Source: Propionibacterium ruminifibrarum (GTDB lineage: Bacteria; Actinomycetota; Actinomycetes; Propionibacteriales; Propionibacteriaceae). From it: a stretch of 32,000 bases of DNA. This document shows positions 27,455-32,000 of this stretch, one piece after another (within the stretch, counting starts at the first letter, position 1; every line of letters starts with the position of its first letter). Under the pieces are notes generated by a model, which made no database searches, had not been told where the DNA came from, and worked only from the letters and a program-made list of their open reading frames with translations. The stretch spans positions 60,001 through 92,000 of the forward strand of contig NZ_OMOH01000001.1 in assembly GCF_900289195.1 (NCBI RefSeq), written 5' to 3'. The position numbers and the translations under genes were made by a program.

Positions 27455-30142
27455 ATGAAAGCTGCTGAGATCGGCCGTCGATTCCAGGACTTCTTCGTCG
27501 CCAAGGGACATGCCGCCGTGCCCAGCGCCTCGCTGCTGTACAACGATCCCACGCTGCTGTTCGTCAACGCCGGCATGGTGCCCTTCAAGCCATACCTCAT
27601 GGGCGAGGAGCCCTCGCCGTGGAAGCGTGCCACGAGCATCCAGAAGTGCCTGCGCACCCTCGACATCGACGAGGTCGGCAAGACCACCCGGCACGGCACC
27701 TTCTTCCAGATGCTGGGCAACTTCAGCTTCGGCGACTACTTCAAGAAGGAGGCCATCGAGTACGCCTGGGAGTTGGTCACCGGCTCGCTCGACGACGGCT
27801 GCTTCGGTTTCGACCCCGCCACGGTCTGGGTCACCGTCCTCGGCCCCGGCCACCACCCGGACTACCCGGACGGCGACGTCGAGGCCCGCGAGGCCTGGCT
27901 CGCGGTCGGCGTGCCCGCGGACCACATCCAGGGCCGCGGCCTCAAGGACAACTACTGGCACATGGGCGTCCCCGGTCCCGGCGGCCCCTGCTCCGAGATC
28001 TACATCGACCGCGGCCCCGAGTACGGCCCCGACGGCGGCCCGATCGCCGACGAGGACCGCTTCCTCGAGATCTGGAACCTCGTGTTCGAGACCGAGGAGC
28101 TCAGCGCCGTCCGCGCCAAGGACGACTTCGACATCGCCGGCCCCATGACGATGCGCAACATCGACACCGGGGCGGGCCTGGAGCGCATCGCCTACCTGAT
28201 GCAGGGTGTCGACAACATGTACGAGACCGACGAGGTCTTCCCCGTCATCGAACGCGCGGCCCAGCTGGCCTCGGTGACCTACGGCCAGGACCGCACCACC
28301 GACGTGCGCCTGCGCGTCGTCGGCGACCACATCCGCAGCTCCCTCATGCTCATGACCGATGGGGTGAGCCCCGGCAACGAGGCCCGCGGCTACGTGCTGC
28401 GCCGCCTGCTGCGCCGCTCCATCCGCTCCATGCGCCTGCTGGGGGTCCAGCAGCCCACGGTCGTCGAACTGCTCGACATCTCGCGGTCGTGCATGCACGC
28501 CACCTACCCCGAGATCGACGAGGCCTGGGACCGCATCGCGGACGTCGCCGCGGCCGAGGAGGCCTCGTTCGCCCGCACCCTGAACTCCGGCACCCAGCTG
28601 TTCGAGAGCGCCGTCGCCGAGACGAAGGCGGCCGGCGCCCTCGTCCTGCCCGGCGACAAGGCCTTCCAGCTGCACGACACCTACGGCTTCCCCATCGACC
28701 TGACCCTCGAGATGGCCGCCGAACAGGGTCTGAAGGTGGACGAGGAGTCCTTCCGCACCCTCATGGACGCCCAGCGCGCCCGGGCGAAGGCCGATGCCCG
28801 GTCCAAGAAGTCCATCCAGGCGGGCACCGAGGCCTACGCGAAACTGCGCGCCGATGGCGAGACCGGTTTCGTCGGGTACTCCGAACTCGACATCCCCACG
28901 ACCGTGCGCGGTCTCATCGCCGACGGCCAGGTGGTCGACCGGGTCGCCCCCGGCCAGACCGTCGAGATCGTCCTTGACGAGACCCCCTTCTACGCCGAGA
29001 TGGGCGGCCAGGACTCCGACGCGGGCGTCATCAGGGCGGCCAGCGGCGAGTTCGAGGTCATCGACGTCCAGCGTCCGGTGCCCGGCCTCATCGTCCACAC
29101 CGTCAAGGCCGACAGCGAACTCGCCGTCGGGGACGAGGTCCAGGCCGTCGTCGACGCCTTCCACCGCCAGGGCTCCTGCCAGGCGCACTCGGCGACGCAC
29201 ATCCTGCACGCCGCGCTCCGTCAGCTCGTCGGCCCGACCGCGACCCAGGCCGGCTCGTACAACAAACCCGGCTACCTGCGGTTCGACTTCGGCGCCACGC
29301 ACGGCCTGTCGGACCAGCTGGTCGCCGAGATCGAGGCCCGGTGCAACGAGGCCATCCGTGACGACCTGGAGGTGCGCGCCACCCAGATGCCGCTCGAGAA
29401 GGCCAGGTCGATGGGCGCCCTGGCGATGTTCGGCGAGAAGTACCCCGACATCGTCCGCGTCGTCGAGATGGATGGCGCGTGGAGCCGTGAGCTCTGCGCC
29501 GGCACCCATGTGGCGCACTCCAGCCAGATCGGCCTGCTGAACCTGCTCACCGAGCAGTCCGTCGGCGCGGGGACCCGCCGCATCGAGGCCCTGGTCAGCA
29601 CCGATGCGTTCGATCACATGGCCGCCGAGCGCACACTCGTCAGCCAGCTCACCGGGATGCTCCACGTGCGGCCCGAGCAGCTCACCGAACGCGTCGGCTC
29701 CCTGGTCACCGACCTGAAGGCGGCCCAGAAGCAGATCGAGGACATGAAGAAGGCGCAGCTGCTCGCCGGCGCCGCGACCATCGTCGACTCGGCCAAGGAC
29801 ATGTGGGGGGTCGCCTTCGCGGCACGGCAGCTGTCCGGGGTCGACGGCGGGTCGCTTCGCACCCTGGCCGGTGACGTCCGGGACCGCTTCAACGACCGCC
29901 CGGCCGTCGTCGCCCTCATCGGTGGCAGCGACAGCAAGCCCACCATCGTCGTGGCCACCAACCAGGCCGCCCGTGACAGGGGGCTGAGGGCGGGCGAGCT
30001 CCTGCGCGAGGGAGCCACCGCGCTCGGCGGCCGCGGCGGCGGCAAGGACGACCTGGCCCAGGGCGGCGGCTCGGACGCCGCCAGGGCCGCCGACGCGCTC
30101 CAGGCCGTCGAGTACGCCGTCGGCCATGTCATCCTCGGCTGA
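27455..30142 (+). CDS. alaS: alanine--tRNA ligase
   Basis: 895 aa, preceded by GAGGGAAAGG. FF..KGH..V.S.SL...DPTLLF.NAGM..FK, QKC.R..DI..VG.T.RH.TFFEMLGNFSFGDYFK, the editing-domain HSATHLLH-like HSATHILHAAL, C.GTHV and a C-terminal DHHA1 region (GG.GGGK...AQGGG) are present. Confidence 0.97.
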   Translation: MKAAEIGRRFQDFFVAKGHAAVPSASLLYNDPTLLFVNAGMVPFKPYLMGEEPSPWKRATSIQKCLRTLDIDEVGKTTRHGTFFQMLGNFSFGDYFKKEAIEYAWELVTGSLDDGCFGFDPATVWVTVLGPGHHPDYPDGDVEAREAWLAVGVPADHIQGRGLKDNYWHMGVPGPGGPCSEIYIDRGPEYGPDGGPIADEDRFLEIWNLVFETEELSAVRAKDDFDIAGPMTMRNIDTGAGLERIAYLMQGVDNMYETDEVFPVIERAAQLASVTYGQDRTTDVRLRVVGDHIRSSLMLMTDGVSPGNEARGYVLRRLLRRSIRSMRLLGVQQPTVVELLDISRSCMHATYPEIDEAWDRIADVAAAEEASFARTLNSGTQLFESAVAETKAAGALVLPGDKAFQLHDTYGFPIDLTLEMAAEQGLKVDEESFRTLMDAQRARAKADARSKKSIQAGTEAYAKLRADGETGFVGYSELDIPTTVRGLIADGQVVDRVAPGQTVEIVLDETPFYAEMGGQDSDAGVIRAASGEFEVIDVQRPVPGLIVHTVKADSELAVGDEVQAVVDAFHRQGSCQAHSATHILHAALRQLVGPTATQAGSYNKPGYLRFDFGATHGLSDQLVAEIEARCNEAIRDDLEVRATQMPLEKARSMGALAMFGEKYPDIVRVVEMDGAWSRELCAGTHVAHSSQIGLLNLLTEQSVGAGTRRIEALVSTDAFDHMAAERTLVSQLTGMLHVRPEQLTERVGSLVTDLKAAQKQIEDMKKAQLLAGAATIVDSAKDMWGVAFAARQLSGVDGGSLRTLAGDVRDRFNDRPAVVALIGGSDSKPTIVVATNQAARDRGLRAGELLREGATALGGRGGGKDDLAQGGGSDAARAADALQAVEYAVGHVILG

Positions 30143-30626
30143 GGGGCCGTCGGGCCGTGGCACTGCGCGGTGGCGACCCGGAGTCCGGCTGTGCCTCGAC
30201 TGGGGCAGGGCCCGCATCGGGGTGGCGGCCTGCGACCCCGATGGCGTGCTCGCCTACCCGGTCGCCACGGTGCGCAATGACGACGACGTGATGGTCTCGA
30301 TCAGGGCCCTCGTGGCCGAGTACGAGCCCCTCGAGATCGTCATGGGCCTGCCCACCGATCTGCGGGGCGACCGCGCCGGTGTGGCGGCCCGCGCCATGCG
30401 CAAGAACGCGCGGCGGGTCAACTCCGAGACCAACCTGCCGGTGCGGATGCTCGACGAACGGCTCACCACCGTCACGGCGGCCCAGCGGCTTGCCGCCACC
30501 GGCAAGGACGCCCGGGCGCGCCGGCCCATCATCGACCAGGCCGCCGCCGTGGCGATCCTGGAGCAGGCCATCGACATGGAGAAACGCAGCGGAACAGCGC
30601 CGGGCGAGGTCATCGACAGGGCCTGA
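30126..30626 (+). CDS. ruvX: Holliday junction resolvase-like protein RuvX (YqgF)
   Basis: GVRLCLDWGRARIGVAACD, P.....R, IVMGLP..L.G and DER.TT..A are present. ATG 30126 is the only in-frame ATG/GTG upstream of the conserved G-x-D-x-G segment, which gives a 17-nt overlap with alaS. Confidence 0.88.
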   Translation: MSSSAEGPSGRGTARWRPGVRLCLDWGRARIGVAACDPDGVLAYPVATVRNDDDVMVSIRALVAEYEPLEIVMGLPTDLRGDRAGVAARAMRKNARRVNSETNLPVRMLDERLTTVTAAQRLAATGKDARARRPIIDQAAAVAILEQAIDMEKRSGTAPGEVIDRA

Positions 30627-30664
30627 GTCCGCTACAGTGCAGGCCAACGAGGGGAGGTGACTCG

Positions 30665-32000
30665 GTGAAACCGAAACGAGCTGCCGACAGCGACGATCTC
30701 GATGACTTCTTCGCAGAGCCGGACCCTGGGCACGCCTCGCGGCGCTTTGGCCCCGACGACGAGTTGGGCGAGGACGACTTCGATGCCGAACCCGGTGAGC
30801 GGGTGGCAGCCCGGGCCGCGGAGGATGACCCCGACGACGACCCGGAGGCGACCCGGTCGCTCGACGCGGAGGAGCAGCCGGACGACGATGACGAGGACTC
30901 GATCCTCGGCCTCGGCGAGCAGTCCCAGCGCGGTGCCGGCTCCCGGTGGAAGTCCGTCATCGCCGTGCTGCTGTCGATCGCCATCATCGGCGGTGGCGGC
31001 TACTTCGGCTTCCAGAAGGCGTCCCAGGCCTGGACGAGCTTCCGGGGCGTCGACTACGACGGCGCCGGTGACGAGTCCACCTCGGTGCTGGTGACCATCC
31101 GTGAGGGCATGACGATCACTGAGATCGGCGACACGCTGGCCGCGAACCAGGTGGTCGCCTCCTCGAGGGCCTTCGTGCGCGTCGCCAGCGGGGACGGCCG
31201 CTCGAACAGCATCCATTCGGGCACCTACCAGATGCGCCAGCACATGTCGGCCCAGGCCGCGCTCGACGTCCTCGTCGATCCGGCGAACCTGGCGACGAAC
31301 CTCGTCACCGTGCCCGAGGGGCTGCGCGACTCGGAGGTCTTCACCCAGCTGAGCCAGATGACCGGTCTTCCCGTCTCGGACTTCGAGGCCGCCGCGAAGG
31401 ACACCGATGCGCTCGGCCTGCCCGACTACGCGCAGGACAACGTCGAGGGCTACCTGTTCCCCGAGACGTACACCTACGACCCGGCGGACAGCGCCACCGA
31501 CGTGCTGGCGAAGATGGTCGACCAGTTCAAGCAGGTCGCCGCCCAGGAGGACCTCGTCGACAAGGCCGCGGCCCTGGGCCGCTCACCGCACGACGTGGTC
31601 GTCGTGGCGTCGATCATCGAGAAGGAGACGACGAACTTCGACTACGGCCCCCAGATCGCCGAGGTCTTCTACAACCGGCTCGACAAGGGCGTGAAGCTGC
31701 AGTCCGACGCGACGGTCATCTACGCCAACAACATGAGCGGGCGCATCACGACGACCGACGAGGAACGCGCCATCGACTCGCCCTACAACACCTACGTCAC
31801 GGACGGCCTGCCGCCGGGCGCCATCTCCAACCCCGGTCGGGACGCGCTGCACTCGGCGCTCAACCCGACAACCGGCGACGACATGTTCTTCGTCGCCGTC
31901 AACCCCGACACCGGCGAGACCAAGTTCGCCGCCACCGAGGAGGAGCACGCGGCCAACGTGGAGGAGTTCCAGGAGTGGTGCCGGGCCAACGCGGACCGGT
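30665..32000 (+). CDS. mltG: endolytic murein transglycosylase MltG (YceG-like), 3' end outside the window
   Basis: This gene is not in the supplied ORF track because no stop codon falls within the window. GTG 30665 is the first start after the in-frame TGA (30623-30625) and is preceded by GAGGGGAGG. It has an acidic N-terminal region, a TM helix (WKSVIAVLLSIAIIGGGGYFGF), then VTVPEG, EGYLFPETY, ASI.EKE, V.YNRL..G..LQSD.TV.Y, SPYNTY...GLPPG.I.NPG and FFVA. The frame is open to nt 31999. Confidence 0.92.
   Translation, partial: MKPKRAADSDDLDDFFAEPDPGHASRRFGPDDELGEDDFDAEPGERVAARAAEDDPDDDPEATRSLDAEEQPDDDDEDSILGLGEQSQRGAGSRWKSVIAVLLSIAIIGGGGYFGFQKASQAWTSFRGVDYDGAGDESTSVLVTIREGMTITEIGDTLAANQVVASSRAFVRVASGDGRSNSIHSGTYQMRQHMSAQAALDVLVDPANLATNLVTVPEGLRDSEVFTQLSQMTGLPVSDFEAAAKDTDALGLPDYAQDNVEGYLFPETYTYDPADSATDVLAKMVDQFKQVAAQEDLVDKAAALGRSPHDVVVVASIIEKETTNFDYGPQIAEVFYNRLDKGVKLQSDATVIYANNMSGRITTTDEERAIDSPYNTYVTDGLPPGAISNPGRDALHSALNPTTGDDMFFVAVNPDTGETKFAATEEEHAANVEEFQEWCRANADR

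Noticed and set aside
27224-30217. A 997-aa ORF on the - strand covering all of alaS. Similar long ORFs occur at 10919-12715, 23911-25677, 16051-17283, 14823-16196, 4141-5499 and 614-1555.
   Set aside because: These lie antisense or out of frame to genes with unmistakable homology. Their translations are Arg/Gly/Pro/Ala/Asp-rich low-complexity strings. Long stop-free antisense frames are an expected artefact of very high GC content. There is no SD/start context or recognisable domain.

Overview
This is a very GC-rich actinobacterial chromosome segment; third codon positions are almost uniformly G/C. It is densely packed with 29 protein-coding genes, 26 on the + strand and 3 on the - strand. 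Gene content and order match the conserved actinobacterial housekeeping block known from M. tuberculosis Rv2603c-Rv2553c: yebC, ruvC-ruvA-ruvB, yajC-secD-secF-apt, relA, MBL-hydrolase-hisS, aspS, rarA, alaS-ruvX-mltG. Here that block is preceded by the 3' end of dnaE, a membrane protein, ybaK, a DUF554 membrane protein and a hisD-hisC-hisB-hisH-priA cluster. Many junctions are translationally coupled: ATGA/GTGA overlaps at hisD/hisC, hisB/hisH, priA/GNAT and ruvC/ruvA; GTGATGA at secD/secF; TGATG at MBL/hisS; and a 17-nt alaS/ruvX overlap. I found no tRNA/rRNA, CRISPR array, transposase/integrase, phage gene or long repeat. Honest assessment: this is an ordinary core region and I see no convincing novel multi-gene system. 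The least explained elements are listed here. (1) A 355-aa orphan with GT-B/GT4-like features, plus an orphan acetolactate decarboxylase, both wedged between hisS and aspS. (2) A two-domain MshD-like GNAT translationally coupled to priA where impA-hisF-hisI usually sit. (3) An archaeal/eukaryote-like HisRS subtype. (4) A recurrent TAGGCT(G)-type hexamer 6-9 nt upstream of five start codons that lack a Shine-Dalgarno (SD) sequence, which may mark leaderless mRNAs. (5) A near-consensus LexA SOS box upstream of ruvC. The supplied ORF track omits mltG because it runs off the window end, and it lists many long antisense or out-of-frame ORFs that are GC-content artefacts.
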